64,000 nucleotides of DNA from an uncultured cyanobacterium (lineage in GTDB: Bacteria; Cyanobacteriota; Cyanobacteriia; Cyanobacteriales; CAWCAG01), in the NCBI GenBank assembly GCA_963793425.1, contig CAWCAG010000009.1, positions 1,077,805 to 1,141,804 on the forward strand, written 5' to 3'. Positions 29,513-39,363 of the stretch are shown here, in pieces. Both the position numbers and the translations under genes were made by a program. The notes beneath the pieces are model-generated. The model was given only the letters and a program-made list of their open reading frames with translations, was not told the DNA's origin and made no database searches. Each line of letters begins with the position of its first letter. The stretch's first letter is position 1.

Positions 29513-30568
29513 CTATGCCACCAAACCGGGTCTGGTATTACTTATTGCCTCAAGCAGTCTTTGATTATCTTCTTGAGATTTCACTGCTACTCGAAAATAG
29601 CGATCACCTAATTCAGGAAAGCTGAGACAGTCTCGGATTAATATCTGGTGATTTAGCAGTAATTCTTTTTGGAGTAAACTACTTGACTGTTTCGTTTCCA
29701 CTAGAAGGAAGTTAGCCGCCCCTTCAAGGGGGGTTAATCCTGGAATAGAGGCTAGACCTTGGAACAGTTTAGTTTTCGCCTTAGCCAGCCATTGCCAGGT
29801 CTTTTTCTGAAATTCTTGATCTTGGAGTACCGCAACTCCTGCTGCTGCTGCTAGAACATTAACTGGCCAGGGATCGCGCCAATTTTGCCAACGCCTTAAC
29901 CTTTCAGGATGGGCAATGGCATAGCCGAGACGCAACCCAGGCAAACTGTAAAACTTAGTCAGCGATCGCAAAATTACTAAGTTAGGATATTCCTCAATCA
30001 TTGATATTAAGCTTTGCTGTTCTAAGGGAGGTAGAAAGTCCATAAAGGCTTCATCTACCACTACTAAGTCAAACTCTTCCAAACAGGGCAGAATCTCTTC
30101 TGAGTGCCACAGCTTGCCCGTAGGATTGTGAGGATTATTTAAAATTAAGCCTCCTCTAACAGAAACTCTTTCTGCTTCCTCCAAAAAAGTTAGAGGACAT
30201 CGACAAACCTTCCCTTCAAAAGTTGCCAATGCCCGCTCATAATCGCGAAAAGCAGGAGTAATTAGATGGGTAACAGCTTGCTGAGAAAGTTCCCAACAAG
30301 CCCAAGTTAATAATTCAGCAGAGCCATTTCCTGGCAAAATCCACTCAGGGGATAAGTCATGAAATTGAGCTAAAGACGATCGCAGTTGACAGTAATGAGG
30401 ATCGGGATAATTGCTCAAAAAGCTCAAATTCTCATGAATTGCTGCGATCGCACTTTGGGGAGGCCCCAAGGGATTGATACTGGCAGAAAAATCCAGGATC
30501 TGAGCAACCGAGCAACCCGCTAATTGGGCTGCCCAAGTCAAATTACCTCCGTGGACTGGTCTTGTCAA
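29513..30568 (-). CDS. cobD: Threonine-phosphate decarboxylase
   Basis: HGGN, DFSASINP, NPHNPTG, RSLTKFYSLPGLRLG (PLP lysine). Confidence 0.9.
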   Translation of the reverse strand: MTRPVHGGNLTWAAQLAGCSVAQILDFSASINPLGPPQSAIAAIHENLSFLSNYPDPHYCQLRSSLAQFHDLSPEWILPGNGSAELLTWACWELSQQAVTHLITPAFRDYERALATFEGKVCRCPLTFLEEAERVSVRGGLILNNPHNPTGKLWHSEEILPCLEEFDLVVVDEAFMDFLPPLEQQSLISMIEEYPNLVILRSLTKFYSLPGLRLGYAIAHPERLRRWQNWRDPWPVNVLAAAAGVAVLQDQEFQKKTWQWLAKAKTKLFQGLASIPGLTPLEGAANFLLVETKQSSSLLQKELLLNHQILIRDCLSFPELGDRYFRVAVKSQEDNQRLLEAISNTRPGLVA

Positions 30569-30582
30569 GATTTCCGTTGCGC

Positions 30583-30867
30583 CTATTTTTTTGAAGCGGC
30601 AACTTTTTCTTTAAACAACTTACCAGCAGAGAAAGCGGGAACTGTAGTTGCCGGAATTTCCATTTTGTCGCCAGTTTTGGGGTTGCGCCCTTCACGAGCT
30701 TTGCGATCGCGAGGTTCAAAGGAACCAAAGCCTACTAAGGTCACTTTATCATCGTTAGAAACTGCTTCCATGATGGTTTCTAATGCAGCAGTCAAAACTG
30801 CATCAGCTTGCTTTTTAGTAACGCTTGCTTTTTGAGCAACCTTATCTACTAAATCACCCTTATTCAT
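30583..30867 (-). CDS. hup: DNA-binding protein HU
   Basis: MNKGDLV...LVGFGSF...REGRNPKTG. Confidence 0.97.
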   Translation of the reverse strand: MNKGDLVDKVAQKASVTKKQADAVLTAALETIMEAVSNDDKVTLVGFGSFEPRDRKAREGRNPKTGDKMEIPATTVPAFSAGKLFKEKVAASKK

Positions 30868-31158
30868 TAAAAATCTCCTTATTTTGGGCTAATTGTTGGC
30901 ATTTTAAGCTAAATGTCTTTTTTGCGCTCTCAAACGATGAGATACGCCTATGAAACTAAAGATGTTGAGTATTTAGCCTTATGAGGTGCTGAAATACTTA
31001 TAGCCTGGAAGTTTCACTGCATTATTCTACGCTCTGCTTGCCTGATCTGGATAGCCAAAAGCTTTGAATTTATGTAGATTTAGCCTTTTCTTTGCAAAAA
31101 TACATCTTTAGTAGCATTTTCAGTCCTACTAAATTAAAGTTTTCGTTACATCTTTAAG

Positions 31159-33093
31159 CTATTGAGGAATATTGGGAATGGCATTTTCCCCCTGCAATCT
31201 TTGCCGCACATCACTATTTGGTATATAGCTGTAGTTGAAGTCGTTATAGGGTTGAGAATCATCCATAATGCGAGGTGTAACCAAAACAATCACCTCAGCC
31301 CTTGTATTATCCCTATCTGTACTTCTAAATAGAGAACCAATAATCGGTAAGTCTCCCAAAATTGGTACTTTACTTGTTACAACCCTTTCTTGTTCTTGGA
31401 TAATTCCAGTAAGTACCAAGGTTTGACCATCTCGCAAGCGCACCAACCCAGAGGAAAGAGAACGTTCACTTAATAAAGCTATAGTATTACTGATACCAGC
31501 CGCTTGGATGTTTTGAGTATCTCCTATGGCCGTAATTTCCGGATTAACGGTAAAACTAACAAAACCGTTATCATCAATGCGATCTACCTCAATACCTAAA
31601 ATCAGTCCTGCTGGTTCTTTTTCTACGGTAATGGTGGTAGTAATAGCTCCCCCAGCAATAGTTTGCTCTGTTCGGATATTAGTAACTACTTCTTGAAAAA
31701 GCCTCACAGCCGCTTGCTGACCTTCTTGGACAATCAAAGTTGGATCTGTAATAATCTTGGCATTATTACTAACTACAGCAGCCTGAAGCTGAGCTAAAAA
31801 TCTTCTTCCCACATCAAATTGGCTCACTCCTGGTATAGTTGCTAGCCCTGTACCTATACCAGTACTGGGGAGATTAGCGCTAGAAGGAGTGGTAGTATCA
31901 GAGCCACCTAAACTGAGGATACCCACACCAAACTGATTGATAAAAGATGTGTCATTAATACCAAAAGAGAAGCTAGTACCGAAAATATCGTTACTAGTTA
32001 AATTAACATCAATAACCTTGACATTAATAGCCACCTGTCGCCGCCGAGCATCTAGTTGAACTAAAAATGAAGTGGCAATTTCCACTTCATTAATAGGCCC
32101 GATGATGGTAATGCTGTTCAAGCGTGGATCTGTTGCTATAGCTAGGCCTCTGAGGAGAAATGTTGTTTCGCCCTCCTCATCTTGTTCTGCTGTTAAGGTT
32201 GTTAACTCAGCAGGTAGGGGTCTTGTTCCAATTACTTCACCAGTTTCCCTGTTAGTAATATCTGCGTCTGTCTGGGTGAGAATCTGTACGGCTGCTCCTT
32301 GGCTAGCTAAGAAGGTTGCTGCATCTCCAGCATTAACCTGGTTAAGACGGAAAGTGCGAGTAACAATATTGCGGGCGCTATCAGGTAAACTTCCTCCCAC
32401 CAAAATAGTTTGATCATTACGAGATGCTTTTAAACCAGAAAGCTGGAGAATATAGTTAAAAGTATCTTGTACCGACTCATTTTGTAGATCCAAAGAAACA
32501 ATGGGAGTAACACTGTCTTCGGCTTCATCGGAGTAAACCAGGTTTAAGCCTGCGGTGCGGGCCAAAAGAGAAAGGACTTCCCTTACCGAAGCTTCTCTCA
32601 ATACTAAGCGAGGTATTCTTGCCCCTGTCCCTAAATCAATAACTTGAGGAACCGGAACAATTGTCGAAATACTAATGTCTCCTACCGGAGGAGCTACTGC
32701 CCTAGGTAAAAGAGGTGGGGCAGGGGCCACTGGTTGAATGGGGCCGCTAGGAGAAGCTGGCTGCCCGTCGATGGTAATATCCGGATTGGGAACCAATACA
32801 TCTGGAGTAGATTCAGGGAGGATTGGTATAGGCTCAGGTGGATCTGGGGTTTGGGCTACAGTGGTTGTTTCTGCTGCGGGAGTTTCATCTACAACAACTT
32901 CTTCATCTACAACAACATCTTCTTCGACTTCTAAAGGTAATGCTGCTAAGTCCTCGTTTTCTGTTGCTAAAACTTCTTGCTCTGAAGATTCTAGCTCCTT
33001 AATTTCGCCATCAACTGCTCTAGCTGGCTGTGCTGCCAGTAGTAACATTGCTACTCCGGCTAAAATTTTGATGGTTTCTGGGTATGTTTTCAC
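31159..33093 (-). CDS. pilQ: Type IV pilus secretin PilQ
   Basis: Secretin C-domain (LRDGQTLVLTG, KVPILGDLPIIGSLFRS, VTPRI); last gene of pilMNOQ. Confidence 0.92.
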   Translation of the reverse strand: MKTYPETIKILAGVAMLLLAAQPARAVDGEIKELESSEQEVLATENEDLAALPLEVEEDVVVDEEVVVDETPAAETTTVAQTPDPPEPIPILPESTPDVLVPNPDITIDGQPASPSGPIQPVAPAPPLLPRAVAPPVGDISISTIVPVPQVIDLGTGARIPRLVLREASVREVLSLLARTAGLNLVYSDEAEDSVTPIVSLDLQNESVQDTFNYILQLSGLKASRNDQTILVGGSLPDSARNIVTRTFRLNQVNAGDAATFLASQGAAVQILTQTDADITNRETGEVIGTRPLPAELTTLTAEQDEEGETTFLLRGLAIATDPRLNSITIIGPINEVEIATSFLVQLDARRRQVAINVKVIDVNLTSNDIFGTSFSFGINDTSFINQFGVGILSLGGSDTTTPSSANLPSTGIGTGLATIPGVSQFDVGRRFLAQLQAAVVSNNAKIITDPTLIVQEGQQAAVRLFQEVVTNIRTEQTIAGGAITTTITVEKEPAGLILGIEVDRIDDNGFVSFTVNPEITAIGDTQNIQAAGISNTIALLSERSLSSGLVRLRDGQTLVLTGIIQEQERVVTSKVPILGDLPIIGSLFRSTDRDNTRAEVIVLVTPRIMDDSQPYNDFNYSYIPNSDVRQRLQGENAIPNIPQ

Positions 33094-33141
33094 GGGGCTT
33101 GACTCCTCTACCTAAAATTAGTGGCATTAGAACAGGTCTTT

Positions 33142-33930
33142 TTACTGTGCTGGTTGAGCTGGTTGAGCTTCTTGGGCTTGCTGTGCTGCTTGAGCTTCTT
33201 GGGCTTGCTGTGCTGCTTCTTCATCGGAGATAGGATAAAGCATATCGAGCCTAAAGGTCGTCTTTAGCTCATTTGTATCTTGGGGAATAAGTTGCCCTTG
33301 TTTAAATTCAAAGGTTTCATTTTCCTTTAGTTCAGAGCGTAAATTGTTAACTACTAAAACCGGTTGAAGTAGCTCAATACTACGCATAATATTCTGAGTT
33401 TGTTGGAAAGTGCCATCTAGTTCCAATGTGATACTTTCCCGCTTCAGCTTACCATCTACTTCTGAGCCCAAAGAGCCATCGTTAATAATGTTGTTATTGG
33501 CTTCACCTGCTTGTGCTTCTTTTTCCACAGGTTGATAACTAACTAACTGCCCCTGTCGGGAGGTTACAAAACGATTAACGTCCAACAACAAGGTATCTAA
33601 GCTTTGTTCATCGGAAAATAAGTTTCTTACTGCCACTTCCCTCTCTTGGGCTTCTACTGCTTGAATTTCCAAGTCAGCTATTTGTCTGTCTAATTCTTCT
33701 ATATTTTCTAGCTGAGCTTTCTTTTCTTCTACTTCAGTATTAGCGTTTTGATATTCTTCTATTTTTGGTTGCACTAACTTAAGGAACATATAAATAGCCC
33801 CTGCCAGACCTAAAACGGCAATAATAATGCCGATAATCGTAGGGGTTAAAGTTATACCAAAGGCTTGGGGATATTGCGGCTCTTCAAGCTCTTCTCCTTG
33901 CCCCGGAACAAATTCTTCTGCAAATGCCAT
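33142..33930 (-). CDS. pilO: Type IV pilus assembly protein PilO
   Basis: Single TM + coiled coil; LDTLLLDVN; position in the pil operon. Confidence 0.85.
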   Translation of the reverse strand: MAFAEEFVPGQGEELEEPQYPQAFGITLTPTIIGIIIAVLGLAGAIYMFLKLVQPKIEEYQNANTEVEEKKAQLENIEELDRQIADLEIQAVEAQEREVAVRNLFSDEQSLDTLLLDVNRFVTSRQGQLVSYQPVEKEAQAGEANNNIINDGSLGSEVDGKLKRESITLELDGTFQQTQNIMRSIELLQPVLVVNNLRSELKENETFEFKQGQLIPQDTNELKTTFRLDMLYPISDEEAAQQAQEAQAAQQAQEAQPAQPAQ

Positions 33931-33937
33931 TATTTAA

Positions 33938-34804
33938 TTACTCCTCAATTACGCCTTGTTCAATTAGGGTTTCAATCCTAGAGGCTAAACCTACTGCACC
34001 TTTACGCTGCAATTCTCCTAATAGTTCTGTGGAAGGAACGTTATTAAGTTGGGTTTGAATAGTGTAAGAGACAACTTCTGGTAATTCTACCGTTACCTGT
34101 TGTTGCTGATTTTGCCCTTGTTGCTCAAACTCGACACTTCCCGGATAGCTAATTAATTTAGCTTCTTTTAATAGGGTTTCTTCGCGGTCAAAGAAGTTAG
34201 ATTGTTGTAGGACTAAAAGGAAATCATTAACTTCATTAAAAGAACGAGCTATACCTGTAATAGTGAGCTGAATGTCAGGAACATTAGCTGTTGTGGCAGC
34301 AGGGGGCTGTCCTTCGGCTGGTGGTTGTCCTTCGGCTGGTGGGGTAGCAGGGGCTGCTGCTGCTGCTTGGGCTGCTGGATCTATTTCAATTTCTGTTTGT
34401 TGAACTGTTTGGACTTGAACTCCTCCAGGAGCGCGATCGCTGATATCTTTAAAGATTGCTGACCAAGGTTTGACAAAGTTAAAAACACTGGCTAAGGAAT
34501 TTACCTCAGCATTAGATTCTTGAATTTCTTGATTCAATTCCTGAATTTGGGCTTCTTTTTCCCTGACGACTACCAATTGCTCTTCGAGTTCGGCACTTTC
34601 TGCCCGTAGTAGACTAGTTTGCCAGTTAAGAAAGAACCAACCTGCTCCTACTAAAGCCGGGAAAAGCAGCCCTACAGCTATTCCTGCATACATGGGCCGC
34701 CTGTCTCCTACTGCCCTGGCCCTACCCCCTGCTGCCGGAGTAGCTATTTCTGAGCCAGTTAATTCTGGCCTATCCTTAAGGAAATTAATATCTAAACTAT
34801 ACAT
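33938..34804 (-). CDS. pilN: Type IV pilus assembly protein PilN
   Basis: N-terminal DINFL PilM-binding motif, TM, coiled coil, PWSA motif. Confidence 0.9.
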   Translation of the reverse strand: MYSLDINFLKDRPELTGSEIATPAAGGRARAVGDRRPMYAGIAVGLLFPALVGAGWFFLNWQTSLLRAESAELEEQLVVVREKEAQIQELNQEIQESNAEVNSLASVFNFVKPWSAIFKDISDRAPGGVQVQTVQQTEIEIDPAAQAAAAAPATPPAEGQPPAEGQPPAATTANVPDIQLTITGIARSFNEVNDFLLVLQQSNFFDREETLLKEAKLISYPGSVEFEQQGQNQQQQVTVELPEVVSYTIQTQLNNVPSTELLGELQRKGAVGLASRIETLIEQGVIEE

Positions 34805-34812
34805 AATCTTTT

Positions 34813-35913
34813 TTACACCTCTCTTAACCCCAAGCCCAGTACAACTCCTAATCCAGGACGTTGTACCATCGGAATATCTTCGTCTGCTTCTATAGCTAAT
34901 TCTGCTAAGGGATCAATTTGGGTGGTGGGTAAACTTAACTTTTGAGTGAAAAACTCGTCAAGTTGCCCAATCCCCCCTCCAGGCCCAGCAAGCAAAAGTT
35001 GAGCAACTTCCAGGTTATCACTAGAGTTTAAATAAAAATCAATAGAACGACGCAACTCATCAGTTAATTCTGTTAATACTCTTAACAAAGCGGCCATACC
35101 TGGGTTAATTCCTGTAGCACCACTACGAATCCCTTCTACAGGAGTGTTGGGGATGGTCATATCCTGAAGCAGTTCAGTATTGCGCTGAATTGGTAAATTC
35201 ATCGCCCGTGAGAGAGCGCTTTGCATTTGGTAAGTACCAATAGGAACAGTACGGGAAAATTGCGGGACGCCATCGACAATAATGGCAATTTCTGTACTAT
35301 CAAATTCTATATCTACTAGTACTGCTGCTTCTCTCGGTCCAAACTGTCGTAATTGTTCTCTAATAGTTCTAATTAAAGAAAAGCTATTAATTTCGATCAC
35401 ATTTAGTTTAAGACCCGCTTGCTCAAAAGTATCTAGATACATATCGGTTACTTCCCTACGGGTAGCAACTAATAGTACTTGTACTTTTTCAATGCCGTCT
35501 TCGTCGTCTATTAAACCTAGTTTTTGGTAATCTAGGTCTACTTCCTCACGAGGATAAGGCAAATACAAGGCTGCTTCTTGGTTGAGAACAACATCTTCTA
35601 ATTCCGCATCATCCAATTCTGCGGGAATCGGAATAATACGGATAATTGCTTCCCGCATTGGTAGAGCGGTAGCAACTTGAGTTACTTTAATTTTGCTTTC
35701 TCTAAGGGCATCTTGAATTAATTCGGCAAGGGCCGGAGAATCAACGATTTGTCCCTCCTCAAATATGCCTTCGGGGACTTCTACAGAAGAAAGGCTAATG
35801 AGCTTATACTTCTGTCCTTGCTTACGGACTTGAGCAATATTAATCCTTTCCGGCGCGATTTCAATGCCGATCCCCTTTGCTTGTTTAGAAAAAAGACCTT
35901 TTAAACCAAACAT
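34813..35913 (-). CDS. pilM: Type IV pilus assembly protein PilM
   Basis: Actin-like fold motifs GIGIEI, LAGPGG, LGLGLR. Confidence 0.93.
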   Translation of the reverse strand: MFGLKGLFSKQAKGIGIEIAPERINIAQVRKQGQKYKLISLSSVEVPEGIFEEGQIVDSPALAELIQDALRESKIKVTQVATALPMREAIIRIIPIPAELDDAELEDVVLNQEAALYLPYPREEVDLDYQKLGLIDDEDGIEKVQVLLVATRREVTDMYLDTFEQAGLKLNVIEINSFSLIRTIREQLRQFGPREAAVLVDIEFDSTEIAIIVDGVPQFSRTVPIGTYQMQSALSRAMNLPIQRNTELLQDMTIPNTPVEGIRSGATGINPGMAALLRVLTELTDELRRSIDFYLNSSDNLEVAQLLLAGPGGGIGQLDEFFTQKLSLPTTQIDPLAELAIEADEDIPMVQRPGLGVVLGLGLREV

Positions 35914-36082
35914 AAGTTTTCGTTCCCTGGGGGAAATTTTTTAATTTAATATAGGGGTTAAGGCGGGAAGATAGCTAATTTCCCATCATGATGGTACTCA
36001 ATCTAGCTTAGAATTAACCATCTTGGTCATTTTTTCACCGAAATTCACTCTTGAGTTTGATCTGAAAACTAGATTATCAATC

Positions 36083-37477
36083 ATGGAATCATCCGAGTCT
36101 CCAAACTTTTCGCCAGAACAATCTTCTACTATTCCTGAAATATCTGAAGCAGAAGTTTCTGATTTTCCTCAAGATTCTACAGAAGACTCTTCTTTTCCTA
36201 ACAAAATTAAGCGATGGTGGCCTTTCTTATTAGGCTTTTTGTTGCTTTTAGGGGGAGGATTTATGGCTTGGCGTTTTTTATTAAACAATAATGCCCCTCC
36301 TAGCGCAGAAGCTGGTCAACCTCAAGTTAATCCGGTGAAACTAGCTCCAGTGGAAACCAAAACCATTGAAGAAAGTTCTGAATTTAACGGTATTCTTGAA
36401 GCCCAAAAAGGTGTAGTGCTTAGGGCAGAATCTCCTGGTCGCGTTACACAAATCTATGCTTCATCAGGGGATAGAGTTACCGCCGGGACTCCTATTCTAC
36501 AATTAAAGCCCGACCGCTCAAGAGCCGAATTGAGTAGCGCGATCGCTAATATAAACGCTAATCGTGCAGCCCGAAATAATGCTCAAGCACAAATTGCTGC
36601 GGTGGAGGCCCAAAGAGCTAGCGCTCAAGCTGAGTTAGAGTTGCAAAATAAAGAGTTAGAGCGTACTTCTTCCCTTGTTTCTGAGGGGGCTTTAGCACGG
36701 CAAGAATTAGATAGAGTCACTACAAATCGTGCCTCTGCTATTGCGGCACGTAATGCGGCAGATGAACAAATTAAAGCAGCTAAAGCTAATTTAGACCAAG
36801 CTGATGCTGATATTACCCAAGCCGAGGCTGATGCGGCTGTTGCCCGTGAAGATTTACAAGATACTACTGTGGTGGCTCCCATTACTGGAGTGGTAGGAGA
36901 TATACCAACTAAACTCGGAGATTATGCTAGCGCCGGCGATGCTCTAACTACGATTACCCAAAATGAAAGTTTAGAGTTAGAAATTGCTGTACCTATTGAA
37001 CAAGAAAATCAACTAAAAGTAGGGCTTCCTGTTGAATTAACAACTTCTTCAGAAGATGATTTCCCGATTAGGGGTCGCATTAGCTTTATTTCTCCCCAGG
37101 CTAGTAGTAATACCCAAGGTGTTTTAGCCAAAGCACGCTTCGATAATGTAGGGGGGATTTTACGCGATCAACAAAAGGTTCGAGCCAGAATTATCTGGGA
37201 GCAACGCCTAGGAGTAATGATTCCCACTACAGCAGTATCTCCCCTGGCTGGACAAGATTTCGTGTTTGTGGCAGTGGAAGAAAAGAATAAACAAGGGGAA
37301 ACACAGTTAATTGCTAAGCAAAAAGCCGTTAAATTAAACAAAAAACAAGTCCAAGAAAACTATTACCCGGTATTAGAGGGCTTGGCTAAAGGGGAAACTT
37401 TAATTGTTTCAGGACTACAAAATCTTAGGGATGGCGCTCCTATCAAGCCCCAGTCCGCTGAAAATGAGTCTAAGTGA
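36083..37477 (+). CDS. Efflux RND transporter periplasmic adaptor (membrane fusion protein)
   Basis: TM, lipoyl halves (GDRVTAG; APITGVVG) and long coiled-coil hairpin. No permease gene adjacent. Confidence 0.88.
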   Translation: MESSESPNFSPEQSSTIPEISEAEVSDFPQDSTEDSSFPNKIKRWWPFLLGFLLLLGGGFMAWRFLLNNNAPPSAEAGQPQVNPVKLAPVETKTIEESSEFNGILEAQKGVVLRAESPGRVTQIYASSGDRVTAGTPILQLKPDRSRAELSSAIANINANRAARNNAQAQIAAVEAQRASAQAELELQNKELERTSSLVSEGALARQELDRVTTNRASAIAARNAADEQIKAAKANLDQADADITQAEADAAVAREDLQDTTVVAPITGVVGDIPTKLGDYASAGDALTTITQNESLELEIAVPIEQENQLKVGLPVELTTSSEDDFPIRGRISFISPQASSNTQGVLAKARFDNVGGILRDQQKVRARIIWEQRLGVMIPTTAVSPLAGQDFVFVAVEEKNKQGETQLIAKQKAVKLNKKQVQENYYPVLEGLAKGETLIVSGLQNLRDGAPIKPQSAENESK

Positions 37478-37582
37478 CATACTCAGCAATAAATTTTCGT
37501 GGTAAGGCGGGCAAAATCTGTAATGGTGGTTTAGTAACCGGATTTTGTATCATACCTCGTACAAAAAAATTGAAGTTTGAGT

Positions 37583-38158
37583 TTACTGGGAATTAATTTC
37601 TAATAATCCATCGGGAGGATTAATTTCTAAGCGACCAGCTTTTAGATCAACCACCGGAACAATTTCTTTAACAAAAGGAATAAAGATTTTTCTTGGTACA
37701 GAAGGTGCAGCTTTTTTATCTAAAGCTTTTGTTTCTTCCTTAAGTTTAACTTCCAATAAATCGTTTCCTGCTGAAAAAATATCTACAACTTTACCAATTA
37801 CTTGGCTACTTTTTTGGTTGTAAACTTCTAAATCAACTAAGTCACGGACATGATACTCATCTTCGGCTAAATCCGGTAAGCTATCTTTGGTAACTAGCAA
37901 TTTATAGCCTCGCAATGCTTCTGCGCGATCGCGTCCTTGAACTTCAGCTAATTGAATAACATAGAGTTTTTTTCCTGGTAAAAAGCGTCCTTTAATAAGT
38001 TCTACTTTTTGAGGAGGATTGCCTTGAAGATCCCTTAACCAACGTTTCCCTGGCTCCTCAAAACGTTCGGGAAAATCAGAGGTGCTAAGAACTCGCATTT
38101 CTCCTTTTAAGCCTTGAGGAGCAACAATTTTACCAATTTCTAACCATTCTTGTTTCAT
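37583..38158 (-). CDS. rimM: Ribosome maturation factor RimM
   Basis: IGKIVAPQGLKGE, DFPERF, IPFVKEIV motifs. Confidence 0.95.
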   Translation of the reverse strand: MKQEWLEIGKIVAPQGLKGEMRVLSTSDFPERFEEPGKRWLRDLQGNPPQKVELIKGRFLPGKKLYVIQLAEVQGRDRAEALRGYKLLVTKDSLPDLAEDEYHVRDLVDLEVYNQKSSQVIGKVVDIFSAGNDLLEVKLKEETKALDKKAAPSVPRKIFIPFVKEIVPVVDLKAGRLEINPPDGLLEINSQ

Positions 38159-38173
38159 GATTAATATAGAATT

Positions 38174-39187
38174 TTAAAAAGCAGTTTGCAAAATATTTTG
38201 GGAACCAGTTTGGTTATTGGTATGATCTGAAGTCTGCGAATAATCCCAGTTTTCAACAGTTTGTCGATAAAACCAAGAGTTGAGTTTTTCCTCTTCTACA
38301 TAGCCTTTCAAAGCAGGATCAACCCAGATATGCAGTTTATGGGAACAACCTAACTCTAAAGCTGCACTTTCTAGATATTGCCATTGCCGAATAAAGCACT
38401 CTGCCCAAGATTTTCTAGTCATAATAGATTCAGCAAAATCAAGTCCTGCTGCTAACATCCTCTTCCCATTAGTACCCCTAGCATTTATAGGTTCCCAAAA
38501 TATAATTTCTGGGTCAACTTCCATAATTTTCTCTAAATGTACTTTGAAATCGTCGTGCTTCATAGAAGGTGGAGTAGGGGCAACGGCAACATACAAGCGG
38601 CAACCAGCTTGATGACCTTGCAATAAGGCTTGGTAACGGGCAGTAGTTGGTGGTGCTTGTGGTTCAATCTTACGACTTAGTTCATCATCTAAATAAGGTA
38701 AACTCATGCCAATTGTGACATTAGGATGATTGAGTATATCGATATCTTTTACCCACAAGGGAGAACGAGTTAAAATCCTGACTCGCTTGTTGTATTTAAT
38801 CAGAACTTCTACAACTTGACGAGTGATATTCGCAGTTGCTTGATTTTGATAAGGATCTGTTCCAGAACATAACAAGACTACGCCTTTTCCTGATGGTGTA
38901 TCTTGCCAATATTTCTCTTTTTTAATAGCAAGAATTTTCTCTAGTTTTTCAGGTATTTCTTCACGAACAAATAGATACTTTCCCCATTCTAATTGGGGAT
39001 TGTTTACACCTTTCTCTTTAAGCTTTTTCTGATTGGTTCTTATGACTGGGGTTGCTGGAACATAACAAAAGCTACAACCATGCAAACATCCGGTTGCTAC
39101 GTTGATAACGTAATCGCATAGACCTTTTTTATTAAGGTTGCTTTTTTGCAGAGGATTAACTATTTCTTCAGTGCCTTGAATAATCAT
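38174..39187 (-). CDS. Radical SAM protein, spore-photoproduct-lyase-like clade
   Basis: NVATGCLHGCSFCY (CxxxCxxC), TDPYQ, ILTRS, IEP motifs. Confidence 0.85.
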   Translation of the reverse strand: MIIQGTEEIVNPLQKSNLNKKGLCDYVINVATGCLHGCSFCYVPATPVIRTNQKKLKEKGVNNPQLEWGKYLFVREEIPEKLEKILAIKKEKYWQDTPSGKGVVLLCSGTDPYQNQATANITRQVVEVLIKYNKRVRILTRSPLWVKDIDILNHPNVTIGMSLPYLDDELSRKIEPQAPPTTARYQALLQGHQAGCRLYVAVAPTPPSMKHDDFKVHLEKIMEVDPEIIFWEPINARGTNGKRMLAAGLDFAESIMTRKSWAECFIRQWQYLESAALELGCSHKLHIWVDPALKGYVEEEKLNSWFYRQTVENWDYSQTSDHTNNQTGSQNILQTAF

Positions 39188-39363
39188 AAGATATTACCTA
39201 AATAGTAAAAATAGTTAAATAACTTTTTATTGCTTATTTATAAAATTTATGAGCTTAATTTCTTTTGTTTGATCGTATTCAAAATTATATCATTGATTAC
39301 AAACAAGTACAAAAATCCATATAATAATTGTCAGAAGCTAATTAGATTAAATTAATACAAAAT

